DNA of 64,000 bases from a virus, in the IMG/VR virus record IMGVR_UViG_3300015202_000003, positions 21,413-85,412 of that record; one strand, written 5' to 3'. Made by a program: the position numbers and the translations under genes. The notes under the pieces were generated by a model. That model ran no database searches. It was not told where the DNA came from and saw only the letters and a list, made by a program, of their open reading frames with translations. Each line of letters begins with the position of its first letter. The stretch's first letter is position 1. Below are positions 55,152 through 64,000 of the stretch, one piece after another.

Positions 55152-57317
55152 ATGTCTGACACAGCATACGGATTTTCTTCGCTTTACGAGTCTTATTTTT
55201 CTTTTCTTCCCTCTCAGCTTTTGCCCTCTTTAACTGATAAAGTTCTTTTAGAGCAAGACTCAGATTGGAGTATTTCTCCTGAGTTATACCGTGTTTTAAC
55301 TAAAACAAAAATTGAATGGGGAGAAATAGGTTATCTGGTGTATCGCCGAACTTATTCAAGAACGTTACCAACAACTTTTTTTGATGGGGAAATAAAAGAA
55401 GAGTTTCCCGGAACGGTTTTAAGAGTAATTTTAGCTTGTAGGAATCAGTTGAAAGTTGGTTTTACGGAAGAAGAGGAAGTTAGGCTTGCCAAACATCTTC
55501 TTCAATTTAAAGGCATGGTAGCCGGAAGATTTTTGTGGCAGTTAGGAACAGAAACTGTTCAAAAGTTAGGTTTATTATCTTTACAAAACTGTGCTTTTGC
55601 GCCTATTGACCGCACTAACTCTTTTATCTGGGGTTTTGAGGCACTTTTACTGGGCAGTGGAGTTGGCTTCTCCGTTGAGAAAAAGTTTATTTCTCAACTC
55701 CCTCAATCTTTTACGAATGTAGAAATTAACAGAGTTTTTAAAGATAGTGAAATAGATTTAAGTTTAGAGCGTGAAAATTCGGATTTAAGGTTAGAAACTT
55801 CAGATGGTTGTAGAGAATTAATAGAAAATAAGTTAGATTGTAAATTAGATGTTGATTACGTTGTAGCAGATTCGAGAGAAGGTTGGGTGGGTTTGTTAGA
55901 AGAAGTTTTTAAAGCTTTTTTTGTAACGGGAAAGACCTTTACTTATACGGTTCAAGCGGTAAGACCTAAAAATGTTCCTATTAAGGGTTTTGGAGGTGTT
56001 TCTTCTGGCCCGGAGCCTTTATGTGAAGGGATTGAGCAAATAGTTTCAATTTTAAAGGCGGGAGATGGTAGTTTAAATCAATCTAAAAAACTTTCTTCGG
56101 TTGATTGTTTGGATATTATGGCTACTTTAGCTTCAATTGTAGTTTCAGGCAATGTTCGCAGAAGCGCACTTTTAGCCTTGGGCGACCCTGATGATGAAAA
56201 TTATTTAAAGACTAAGAGATGGGATTTGGGGCCAATTCCTAATTGTCGTTGTATGTGCAATAATTCTGTTAATGTTTCGGATGTGGAACAATTAATACCC
56301 GCTTTTTGGGAAACGTATTTACAAGGGGAGCCGTTTGGAATTGTTAATATAGAGGGTGCAAAAAAACAAGGGAGAACCGGAGATACAAGATATTTAGATT
56401 TAGATTCTTGTGGTGTTAATCCTTGTTCGGAGCAATCTTTAAATGCTTTTGAAACTTGTGCCTTAGGGGAAACTTTTATTTCTCGTTGTGAATCAGAAGA
56501 AGAGTTCAAAGATGTTTGCTCTTTGTTATACAGAACTATTAAACATTCTCTTCGTTTACCTTGTCATTTAAAACAAACGGAAGAAATTGTTCATAAAAAT
56601 ATGCGAATGGGAATCGGGATTACGGGAATCCTTCAATGCACGGAAGAGCAACTTTCTTGGTTATCGCCAACTTATGAGTTTTTACGAGAGTTTGATGTTA
56701 ACTATTCTAAAAACAAAGACTGGCCTGTATCAATTAAATTAACTACAACCAAGCCGTCAGGCTCTTTGTCATTACTTCCCGGTGTGTGCCCCGGAGCGCA
56801 TCCGTCGCCGAGCGGCCCATATTATATTAGACGTGTTAGAGTCGCTTCTAATTCTCCTTTAATTGGTTTATGTGAAGAAAACGGTTATTCTATTGAATAT
56901 GTTATAGGTTTTGATGGGACAGAGGATAAAACAACTAAAATTGTTTCTTTTCCTTGCTGTGTTCCAGAAAACACTCCTGTAGCTTCTAATTTCTCTGCGG
57001 AACAACAATTAGAGACTGTTAAACGTATTCAAAAAGATTGGTCTGACAATGCTGTATCTGTAACGGTGTATTATACGAAAGAAGAAATTCCTTGGATTAA
57101 AGGTTGGCTGAAAGAAAATTTAAAAAACGACATAAAAGCAGTTTCTTTTCTTTTAAAATCGGAACACGGCTTCTTGCAAGCTCCTTACGAAGATATTACA
57201 AAAGAGCAGTATTGGGAAATGAAAAATAAAACTACTCCAATCACACAAGGTATTTTTGAAGATTCCGATATGGATGTGGTTTCGGAGTGTAGTGGAGGTT
57301 CTTGCGGCGTTCGTTAA
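55152..57317 (+). CDS. nrdJ: Class II (B12-dependent) ribonucleotide reductase, monomeric RTPR type; ORF track start 55125
   Basis: VYRRTYSR, NCAF, GSGVGFS, GNVRRSA, NPCSEQ, ETCALGE, TKPSGSLS, C-terminal ECSGGSCGVR. Confidence 0.9.
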   Translation: MSDTAYGFSSLYESYFSFLPSQLLPSLTDKVLLEQDSDWSISPELYRVLTKTKIEWGEIGYLVYRRTYSRTLPTTFFDGEIKEEFPGTVLRVILACRNQLKVGFTEEEEVRLAKHLLQFKGMVAGRFLWQLGTETVQKLGLLSLQNCAFAPIDRTNSFIWGFEALLLGSGVGFSVEKKFISQLPQSFTNVEINRVFKDSEIDLSLERENSDLRLETSDGCRELIENKLDCKLDVDYVVADSREGWVGLLEEVFKAFFVTGKTFTYTVQAVRPKNVPIKGFGGVSSGPEPLCEGIEQIVSILKAGDGSLNQSKKLSSVDCLDIMATLASIVVSGNVRRSALLALGDPDDENYLKTKRWDLGPIPNCRCMCNNSVNVSDVEQLIPAFWETYLQGEPFGIVNIEGAKKQGRTGDTRYLDLDSCGVNPCSEQSLNAFETCALGETFISRCESEEEFKDVCSLLYRTIKHSLRLPCHLKQTEEIVHKNMRMGIGITGILQCTEEQLSWLSPTYEFLREFDVNYSKNKDWPVSIKLTTTKPSGSLSLLPGVCPGAHPSPSGPYYIRRVRVASNSPLIGLCEENGYSIEYVIGFDGTEDKTTKIVSFPCCVPENTPVASNFSAEQQLETVKRIQKDWSDNAVSVTVYYTKEEIPWIKGWLKENLKNDIKAVSFLLKSEHGFLQAPYEDITKEQYWEMKNKTTPITQGIFEDSDMDVVSECSGGSCGVR

Positions 57318-57331
57318 TTTTATAAATAAAC

Positions 57332-57469
57332 ATGGAACAAAAAGAAATTCGTTTCACTCTCCGTATATCGGAGGAGTTGCAAAAGATTCTAAAGCAAAAA
57401 GCAAAAAAAGAGAAGCGTAGTTTAAATAGTCAGATTGTTTTTTTATTGGAAAACACAGTTAAAAATTAA
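57332..57469 (+). CDS. Arc-like ribbon-helix-helix DNA-binding protein (45 aa, not in ORF track)
   Basis: RFTLRISEELQKILKQKAKKEKRSLNSQIVFLLE. Confidence 0.8.
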   Translation: MEQKEIRFTLRISEELQKILKQKAKKEKRSLNSQIVFLLENTVKN

Positions 57470-57516
57470 ATCAAAATTATTTAAAACACTGCTTCGACAC
57501 CATATATACATTATGT

Positions 57517-58626
57517 ATGTTTAATGCAGAAGAATTGGCAGGTCAGTTTTTTGGTCTTTTAGAGGTTCTATTCTACGAAGATTCTATTAAAGGCGGTTCC
57601 GGGGGTAGGATGTTTTTGTGCCGTTGTAAGTGTGGCGTTGAAAAACTTTTTTCTGGAAATCGTCTTAAGTCGGGAAGACATAAATCTTGTGGATGCAAGG
57701 GCTTTGGTAATTATGGAGATTCTTCTTTTGTTACTCCGCATTCAAGATTAAAACGACAGAAAGAGATTGCTACTATCGGGGAAGTGTGGGGTAAATTAAC
57801 TATTTTAGATTTATATATTTCTGAAACTGTAACGGGTAAAGGTTCTTTAAGGTTGTGTAAATGTGAGTGTGGTGTTGAGAAGATACTTGGTTATTCCAAA
57901 TTAAAAAACGGAGATGTTAAATCTTGTGGCTGTTTAAAGTATAAAAGGGGGTTAAAGTATCCCTATAAACCTAATACATCTCACGATTATGTTTCTGTTG
58001 TTTTAAAAACGAGAGAGGTGAAGAGGTCGAAAAATCTTAAGAGAATAGGTTTAGTTTTTAACAGGCTTACAATAACAGACGTTGTTTTTCCTGAAAAAGG
58101 TAAATCCATTTATGTTTGTCGATGTTCTTGTGATAAAATTTATAAATTAAATCGTTTTTGTAGGTTAGTTAGGGGAGATGTTAAATCTTGTGGATGTTTG
58201 GCGAAAGAAGTTTCCAGTAAAACGGCTTCTAAACTTTCTACCTACAACAATAAAATAGGTAGAATTCATATTTACACAAAGAACGGAGTTAGCTTCAAAA
58301 TGCGTTCGTCTTATGAGTTTGCTTTTGCTAACTATTTAACCTCTGAAGGAATAGAATGGGAATATGAACCTAAACTTTTTGTTTTAAAAGAAGGTTGTCG
58401 TTACAAACCTGATTTTTATGTTCCTGCTACAAATGAATGGTATGAAGTTAAAGGTTACATAGATGAAAAATCGAAAGAAAAAATAGACTTGTTTCGGGAA
58501 CAAGGGCATATAATTATTGTTGTAGATCAGGAATATATAAAAAGAGTTACGGGTTTAAAATATGGAGTGATTAATGGAGTGTCTGGTTTTTATCCAAGAA
58601 AGAGGAAAATTAAACATGAAACCTAA
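57517..58626 (+). CDS. Putative free-standing homing endonuclease: three CxCxCG..SCGC repeats plus PD-(D/E)xK domain
   Basis: CRCKCG..KSCGC x3; SSYE...WEYEP...YKPDFY...WYEVKG. Confidence 0.7.
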   Translation: MFNAEELAGQFFGLLEVLFYEDSIKGGSGGRMFLCRCKCGVEKLFSGNRLKSGRHKSCGCKGFGNYGDSSFVTPHSRLKRQKEIATIGEVWGKLTILDLYISETVTGKGSLRLCKCECGVEKILGYSKLKNGDVKSCGCLKYKRGLKYPYKPNTSHDYVSVVLKTREVKRSKNLKRIGLVFNRLTITDVVFPEKGKSIYVCRCSCDKIYKLNRFCRLVRGDVKSCGCLAKEVSSKTASKLSTYNNKIGRIHIYTKNGVSFKMRSSYEFAFANYLTSEGIEWEYEPKLFVLKEGCRYKPDFYVPATNEWYEVKGYIDEKSKEKIDLFREQGHIIIVVDQEYIKRVTGLKYGVINGVSGFYPRKRKIKHET

Positions 58627-58759
58627 AAACCCAAATAAGAACGAAGACTTTAATTTAATTTTAAAACAAACTCCACAAAAAACAAAAAATAACTCTTATT
58701 CTAAAAACAGTTTCTTTCTTCTCTTCCCAAATCAGGGTTTTCATAGTAAAATTAACTCT

Positions 58760-59167
58760 ATGAGCAAAAAGAAGACTCGTTATGTTTTTAAGGGAGTGGG
58801 GGAGAAGAAGGAATCGGAGTTAAATTTTTCTTTAAGAAGAAAAGAATATTTAAAAGAAAATAATACTTGTCAATTTGAAGATGAGAAAGGTTGTATTTGC
58901 GGTAAAACAGAAAGGATTACGGTTCACCACAAGGGGGGTAGAACAGGAAATTTAATTTTCAAAAATCTAATTATTTTATGTGAAGAGCATCATGTTTGGA
59001 TTCATAAGTCTGAAAACGAGGATTATGCTCGTAGAAGAGGATATTTACTTTCCGAATTTATTTCCCCCTATTATCCCAAGAGAGTATATTTAAATCCAGA
59101 AGATGTTTTGGATGAGGAATTAATTTCTTTCTTTTTAAAAGAAGAAAGGGAGATGTTAGAGAACTGA
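58760..59167 (+). CDS. HNH endonuclease domain protein; ORF track start 58574
   Basis: CQF...C...TVHHKGGR.G...NLIILCEEHHVWIH. Confidence 0.7.
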   Translation: MSKKKTRYVFKGVGEKKESELNFSLRRKEYLKENNTCQFEDEKGCICGKTERITVHHKGGRTGNLIFKNLIILCEEHHVWIHKSENEDYARRRGYLLSEFISPYYPKRVYLNPEDVLDEELISFFLKEEREMLEN

Positions 59168-59191
59168 TTAATTTAAAGATAATCTATAAAA

Positions 59192-59431
59192 ATGAAAATT
59201 CCTAAATTTATTTTAACAGGTTTAGTTCTTCAAATTGAAGAATCCGTTATAGCTGTAGAAAAAGAAGAAATCTACGTTAAAAGATTAGAAACTCAGTTGA
59301 AAGAAGCTAAACTAAAATTAGAAAATTTAAAGCTTCAAAGTCAAGAGTTAAATTCTTTTATAGAGGGTCTGGATTCCCAAGAAGAGATTTCTTTAAATTT
59401 AAATAAAAAAGAAGGGAGTAACATTTTTTAA
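59192..59431 (+). CDS. Hypothetical coiled-coil protein
   Basis: ORF track. Confidence 0.55.
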   Translation: MKIPKFILTGLVLQIEESVIAVEKEEIYVKRLETQLKEAKLKLENLKLQSQELNSFIEGLDSQEEISLNLNKKEGSNIF

Positions 59432-59434
59432 AGA

Positions 59435-60079
59435 ATGGAAAAATCTTCTTTTTCTAAAGTTCTCTGTTTGAATTTAGATTTTCCAAATTTGGGTTGGTGT
59501 TTTTCTAATTCTAATTTAGAATTTCATTCTGCAATTGAGATGGGGTTGAAACTTTTGTGTTTTTCAAACCGTGGTGGACAAAACACAAATCTACGTTATA
59601 GGGATGTGTGTTTGTGGTTAGAGAAACAATTAAGTTTTCACGAGCCGGATTTAGTTTTGTATGTAAAAAATTACATGTCCGATTTAGTTTTATGTGAAAA
59701 ATCTTATGGGTCTGAAAGTAAATATGATCCTTATATACCTCTTGGATTTTACACTCGGATTTTAGAGCAATGTGCGTTTAAAAAAATAGAAGTTAAGTCA
59801 ATAACACCTGAATCTCTAAAATCTCTCTTTACGGGGAACCTAAATGCAGATAGGTCGGATGTAAAGGAAAAAGCTCTAACGGAGTTTGATTATTATTTAG
59901 ATTACGATTTTGAAGATAAGAGAGGGGTGATAGCTTCTTCTTTAGGTCTATTGAAAGTTTTTAAAAATCACCCCGGAGAATTTGAACTCAAACCTGAAAA
60001 GAAGAAACCTATTAAAAAAACAGAAGTTAAAATTAAATTTGATGAACACTGTGTTTTAGAAAGTTTTATGGAGATTTAA
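59435..60079 (+). CDS. RuvC-like protein, catalytic acidic residues apparently lost
   Basis: VLCLNL..PNLGW, EPDLVLYVK, ITPESLKSLFTGN.NADRSDVK. Confidence 0.55.
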   Translation: MEKSSFSKVLCLNLDFPNLGWCFSNSNLEFHSAIEMGLKLLCFSNRGGQNTNLRYRDVCLWLEKQLSFHEPDLVLYVKNYMSDLVLCEKSYGSESKYDPYIPLGFYTRILEQCAFKKIEVKSITPESLKSLFTGNLNADRSDVKEKALTEFDYYLDYDFEDKRGVIASSLGLLKVFKNHPGEFELKPEKKKPIKKTEVKIKFDEHCVLESFMEI

Positions 60080-60135
60080 TTTAAATCATGGAAAAGATTT
60101 GACAGGTGAGATTTTCGGTTTGTGTTTTAATTTTT

Positions 60136-60777
60136 ATGGATAAAATCTGTGTTTTTAATCCTCAGCGTATACTTACGTTAGATTTTTCAATTTCAAGGTC
60201 TGGTTGGTCTTTTTATGACAAAGAGAAAGATATTTTAAGAATGGGGGCTAAGACTTTTCCTCAAAAAGTTATTGTAAAAAAAACAAAAACTTCCTCTGCT
60301 ATTTTATCGCATCCGGCTTTAAGGTTTAGAGATATTTCTTTGTGGTTAGAAGATATGTTGGAAGAGTTTAATCCTGAGTTATTTATCTACGAAGAAACAT
60401 ATTATTCAGCCAATAAAAGTGCTGCTTACATTTCTGTTTTTTTTTATTGTTCTGTAGATATGCTTTGCGCTGAAAGAAAAATAACAACTAAAGCTATATC
60501 TCCTACAAGTCTAAAGTTGGGTTGGGGCGGCGATGGGAGATGTGATAAGAAACACCTTCAGGAAAAAGTTCTTCAAAGATTTCCTTCTTATGCAGAATTT
60601 TTAGAAGAAGATTCCCACAAAGACCCTACTAAAATGCGAGATATTTCTGATGCGCTTTCTCAGTTAGGATTGTGGTTAGATAATCCTTCTGTTTACGAGC
60701 CTAAAATTAAAATAAAAAAGAAACCTTTGCCTAAAAGAGAGAAATCTCCTCTTCTTGTCAGAGGGGCATCTGACTAA
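60136..60777 (+). CDS. ruvC: RuvC-like Holliday junction resolvase; ORF track start 60106
   Basis: ILTLDFS...GW, PELFIYEE, ISPTSLK...GDGRCDK, DISDAL. Confidence 0.75.
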   Translation: MDKICVFNPQRILTLDFSISRSGWSFYDKEKDILRMGAKTFPQKVIVKKTKTSSAILSHPALRFRDISLWLEDMLEEFNPELFIYEETYYSANKSAAYISVFFYCSVDMLCAERKITTKAISPTSLKLGWGGDGRCDKKHLQEKVLQRFPSYAEFLEEDSHKDPTKMRDISDALSQLGLWLDNPSVYEPKIKIKKKPLPKREKSPLLVRGASD

Positions 60778-60801
60778 GTTCGTAAAATAAATTAAAAAAC
60801 C

Positions 60802-61104
60802 ATGTCTACAATCGCAGCGCCTTTTACTCTTGAACAAATTGAAAAATTAAATCTTCAACAAGAAAACGAAAATTTCCATCCGTTTTCTTGTCCTAATGAC
60901 GGAGATGAAAAACATAAACAATATGAATTTTCAAAAACCGAGGAGTCTAAAACTCAAACCTTAGAGTCTTTTTTGGGGGATAGAGTAGAAGAGGGTGTTT
61001 CTTTTCCCGAATTTTATTTTACGGAAACAAAATTAGTTGCTGAAGAGAAGGGTTGGCAATGTCCTGTTTGTTCTTACATCCAAACTTATGCTTGGGAATT
61101 TTAG
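60802..61104 (+). CDS. Conserved phage-type Zn-binding hypothetical protein
   Basis: FHPFSC...LVAEEKGWQCPVCSYIQTYAW. Confidence 0.6.
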   Translation: MSTIAAPFTLEQIEKLNLQQENENFHPFSCPNDGDEKHKQYEFSKTEESKTQTLESFLGDRVEEGVSFPEFYFTETKLVAEEKGWQCPVCSYIQTYAWEF

Positions 61105-61184
61105 TTTATATTTTTTTAATTATCTGCGTGGTTAAATTCACAAACTCCTTCTTAGGTTTTGTGAATCAGGTTATACTATATTTC

Positions 61185-62354
61185 ATGTTAGAAACGCAAA
61201 ACAAAACAAAAACAGTAGACGCTTGCATTTCAACCGCCAACACGATTTACATTGAAACTTCTTTCTTAAAAGAAATAGGTGCAATTTCTGTAGATTGCGC
61301 AGACGAGTTTTTCGATTACACAAAGCCCATTCATTTATTTTTAAAAGTAGTTAAAGATAAGAATGTAAAAACTTTAATCGAAGAGCGCCCTCTTTACGAG
61401 TTAAATTTTATTTTTTCCGATCAATTTCCTGATTTTCTTAGACATGAATTTGAGCAGTGGTGTCATTTAAAAGCATATCCTTCTTCTTACGATACTTCTA
61501 AGAGAAATTTTCCTAAAACTTACCGTTTTTCTTTTTCTTCTTTTGAATATTCTTCTTATTCGAGAGTGGAATTTGAGTTAGCTGTGCGAGATTTAAACTT
61601 TTTACAAAATTTAAAAGGTTTTGCGCCATCGAAAGGGCATTGTTTTTCTTTTGTTGAAACTGAAAAATCTTTGAGAGGAATTATGACTAAGGGTCGAAAA
61701 TCGAAAGACAATTTGGAATTACCGTTTAACTTAGAAGACTCTTTAGATGTAAACGAAGTGAAAATTAATATTGTTACGGAGAAAGAAAACAAATCTGAAT
61801 TTGAACCTTCTTCTGCTTTAGATGCAGTTCTTTCCACGGTTTCTCATTTAACGGGTTTAGAAGAAGTTGAGTTAATCCTTCCTTCGGATTTTCGTTACAT
61901 GCAAGAACCTCTTTACGGGAACTCTAAACATTCTCCACAAGCTCTAAAAGAAAAAAATGAAATCTCTTTAGTGGAAAAGATTGAAAGTAGAGTAGGAGAT
62001 TATTTAGCTTTAATAGTAGAACAAGAGGCGGGGAACTTTGGTTTTACGGTGGAAGAAGGTGTTGATATTTTGGATTCTACTAAAGAGAAGTGGGCATTAG
62101 AAGAATTTGAGGAGCTTTTTAATAAAACAGGTGAAGAAACAAAACAAGAAAGCCCTGTGTTTTTAAATTTCTTGTTGAATTATAAAAACCTTACTACAAA
62201 TTCTAAATTTCAAATTTCTTTGAATACTTCTCTTCATAAAAACGGAGTGTTAAATGAAGAGGGTTTATTAGATGCAGCTTTAAGACTAAAAAATGAAGTC
62301 GCAGATTATACTAAGTGGACATTGGTTTCTTCTCTTTTAAAAGAAGAGTTTTAA
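61185..62354 (+). CDS. Hypothetical protein; ORF track start 61053
   Basis: Long open frame; ATG 61185 avoids overlap with the upstream ORF. Confidence 0.65.
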   Translation: MLETQNKTKTVDACISTANTIYIETSFLKEIGAISVDCADEFFDYTKPIHLFLKVVKDKNVKTLIEERPLYELNFIFSDQFPDFLRHEFEQWCHLKAYPSSYDTSKRNFPKTYRFSFSSFEYSSYSRVEFELAVRDLNFLQNLKGFAPSKGHCFSFVETEKSLRGIMTKGRKSKDNLELPFNLEDSLDVNEVKINIVTEKENKSEFEPSSALDAVLSTVSHLTGLEEVELILPSDFRYMQEPLYGNSKHSPQALKEKNEISLVEKIESRVGDYLALIVEQEAGNFGFTVEEGVDILDSTKEKWALEEFEELFNKTGEETKQESPVFLNFLLNYKNLTTNSKFQISLNTSLHKNGVLNEEGLLDAALRLKNEVADYTKWTLVSSLLKEEF

Positions 62355-62381
62355 ATTTGTTTTCTGATTAGAGTTATTTTT

Positions 62382-62410
62382 AAACAGGGGTTAACTTTAA
62401 CCCCTGTTTT
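62382..62410 (+). terminator. Terminator hairpin
   Basis: aaacaggggtta / taacccctgttt. Confidence 0.75.
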
Positions 62411-62464
62411 CTTTTTAAGATGTTAAACTTAGGAAGTAGTTAGAAGACAAAAGAGATAAAAATT

Positions 62465-63679
62465 ATGGCATTTGACAAAGTAGAAAAAAAAGAGAAGCCA
62501 AAATTAAATTTAGCTTCGCTCCAAGAAAAAATGAGTTATAGTTCTTCAATATCTTTTTATAAGACAGGTTCAATTGTATTGGATGCTATCATGGGTGGAG
62601 GTATGCCAGAGGGGGGGTTCATTGAATTATGTTCTCCGTCTGGTGTTGGTAAATCCACAACGATGTTACACATTTGTAGAACGATGTGTGATGAAAATAG
62701 AAAAGTTCTTTATATGGATGTTGAAGGAGGTGTTAACCCCAATTCCTTAACTTCTTTTGGGTTAGACCCTCATATTTACGATTCTAAATTAAACCCTAAC
62801 GGAAATTTTATTTTATTAAATCCTTCTACTTATTCAGACGCACAGGAATTAATGGATTTTGCATTGGATGAAAAGAGCGGGGTTAAGATGATTGTTATAG
62901 ATTCTATTACTTTTCTTCTTCCAACAAAAAGATTAGATTCTGATGTAGAAGGTGTTCAGATAGCAATTGATGCTGTTACAACAACTAATTTTTTAAAAAA
63001 ATACAACGCAGAGTGTATGAGAAAAAAAGTGAGTGTTTGGTTAGTCAATCAGATGCGAACAACAATTGATTCTCGCACAGGTGGTAATGTTAAATCGGCG
63101 GGTGGTTTGGCTTTAGAGCATACTTGTCAGGTAAGAATTAAATTACGCAAGAAACAAGCATTAACAAAAACGGTGACAACTAACATTTCAAAAGAAGTTG
63201 TTCCTTATGGTTCCGTTGTAGTAGCTGAGGCTTTCAAAAACAGATTTGCGCCACCGAATAGAAAGATGGATATGGCAGTTTATTTTGGACGGGGGATTTC
63301 CAACATCCATACATATAAAGAAATGCTTCAATCCAAGGGTTTAATTAAACAAGGCGGCGCGGGCTATTTTAAAGTTAATCTTTATGAGGGGATGGAACCC
63401 GTTAGTTTACGTTCAGCCGCCGCAGTAGACGGTTATTTATCAGAAAACATTGCACAAGTCCAATCTCTTATAGATTCTTTCGGTGGAATCTCTATTCTTT
63501 CTGATGAGGAGCAAACTTCTCGAATTTCAAAAGAGATGCCCAAAGGTAATTCTGTTGTTTTATCTTCTCAAAGAGAAGTCTTTATTGGAGAAGACGAAGA
63601 AGTTGAAATTCTTCCCGGAGAGGGTTCTGATGAATCATTAGAACCTCTCTCTTCAATTACGACAGAGGAAGAAGATTAG
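62465..63679 (+). CDS. recA: RecA/UvsX-like recombinase
   Basis: GGGMPEG..IEL.SPSGVGKST, DVEGG, VIDSI, VNQMR, GGLALEH..QVRIKL, KNRFAPP. Confidence 0.9.
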   Translation: MAFDKVEKKEKPKLNLASLQEKMSYSSSISFYKTGSIVLDAIMGGGMPEGGFIELCSPSGVGKSTTMLHICRTMCDENRKVLYMDVEGGVNPNSLTSFGLDPHIYDSKLNPNGNFILLNPSTYSDAQELMDFALDEKSGVKMIVIDSITFLLPTKRLDSDVEGVQIAIDAVTTTNFLKKYNAECMRKKVSVWLVNQMRTTIDSRTGGNVKSAGGLALEHTCQVRIKLRKKQALTKTVTTNISKEVVPYGSVVVAEAFKNRFAPPNRKMDMAVYFGRGISNIHTYKEMLQSKGLIKQGGAGYFKVNLYEGMEPVSLRSAAAVDGYLSENIAQVQSLIDSFGGISILSDEEQTSRISKEMPKGNSVVLSSQREVFIGEDEEVEILPGEGSDESLEPLSSITTEEED

Positions 63680-63698
63680 ATTGGATTAAAACAGGAGT

Positions 63699-63743
63699 AA
63701 AAAAGATAGGACTTGGAACGGAAATTCTTTGTCCTATCTTTTT
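63699..63743 (+). terminator. Terminator after recA
   Basis: aaaaagataggac / gtcctatcttttt. Confidence 0.8.
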
Positions 63744-64000
63744 AAACTCGGAAAACTATGCTTAAAAATAAACTTAAAACCAAAGAAGAAATTCAATTAG
63801 AAATTGACAAAAAAGAACTTTTGTAAGAAAACGGTTTTTACAATTTTCTTTTTAATTGAGAGAATTAGCAACTTCTAAATTAGAGGGTTGAATTTTATAA
63901 TTAAAGACTTAAAATAGCAATTGGATAAATTACGTGCTGTTTTAAATTTTATAGAAATGGAGCGAGAATAAAAAATCTAATTGAAAATGAAAAACGAGAT

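Overview
A 64 kb AT-rich (roughly 30% GC by eye) segment of a large dsDNA bacteriophage genome. Genes are dense, mostly on the + strand, and punctuated by bidirectional hairpin terminators. The left third is mostly small accessory ORFs, including a tandem array of eight ~165-aa paralogs. The rest holds replication, recombination and nucleotide genes: DnaB-like helicase, dUTPase, family A DNA polymerase, YhaM-like nuclease, class II RNR (NrdJ), two RuvC-like proteins, RecA-like recombinase, two orphan adenine methyltransferases and several free-standing endonucleases. I recognised no capsid, tail, terminase, integrase, tRNA, rRNA or CRISPR. The most unusual features are: (1) the polymerase is in three ORFs that look joined by two different split inteins plus one intact LAGLIDADG intein; (2) two membrane-anchored FN3 proteins stop at the same point one strand short, and the next ORF starts with the missing strand; (3) a 12-bp hairpin-loop motif recurs in at least 10 intergenic regions; (4) a 2.6-kb ORF-poor region has iteron-like repeats and clustered hairpins. 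All function calls come from motif recognition by eye; no database searches were run.
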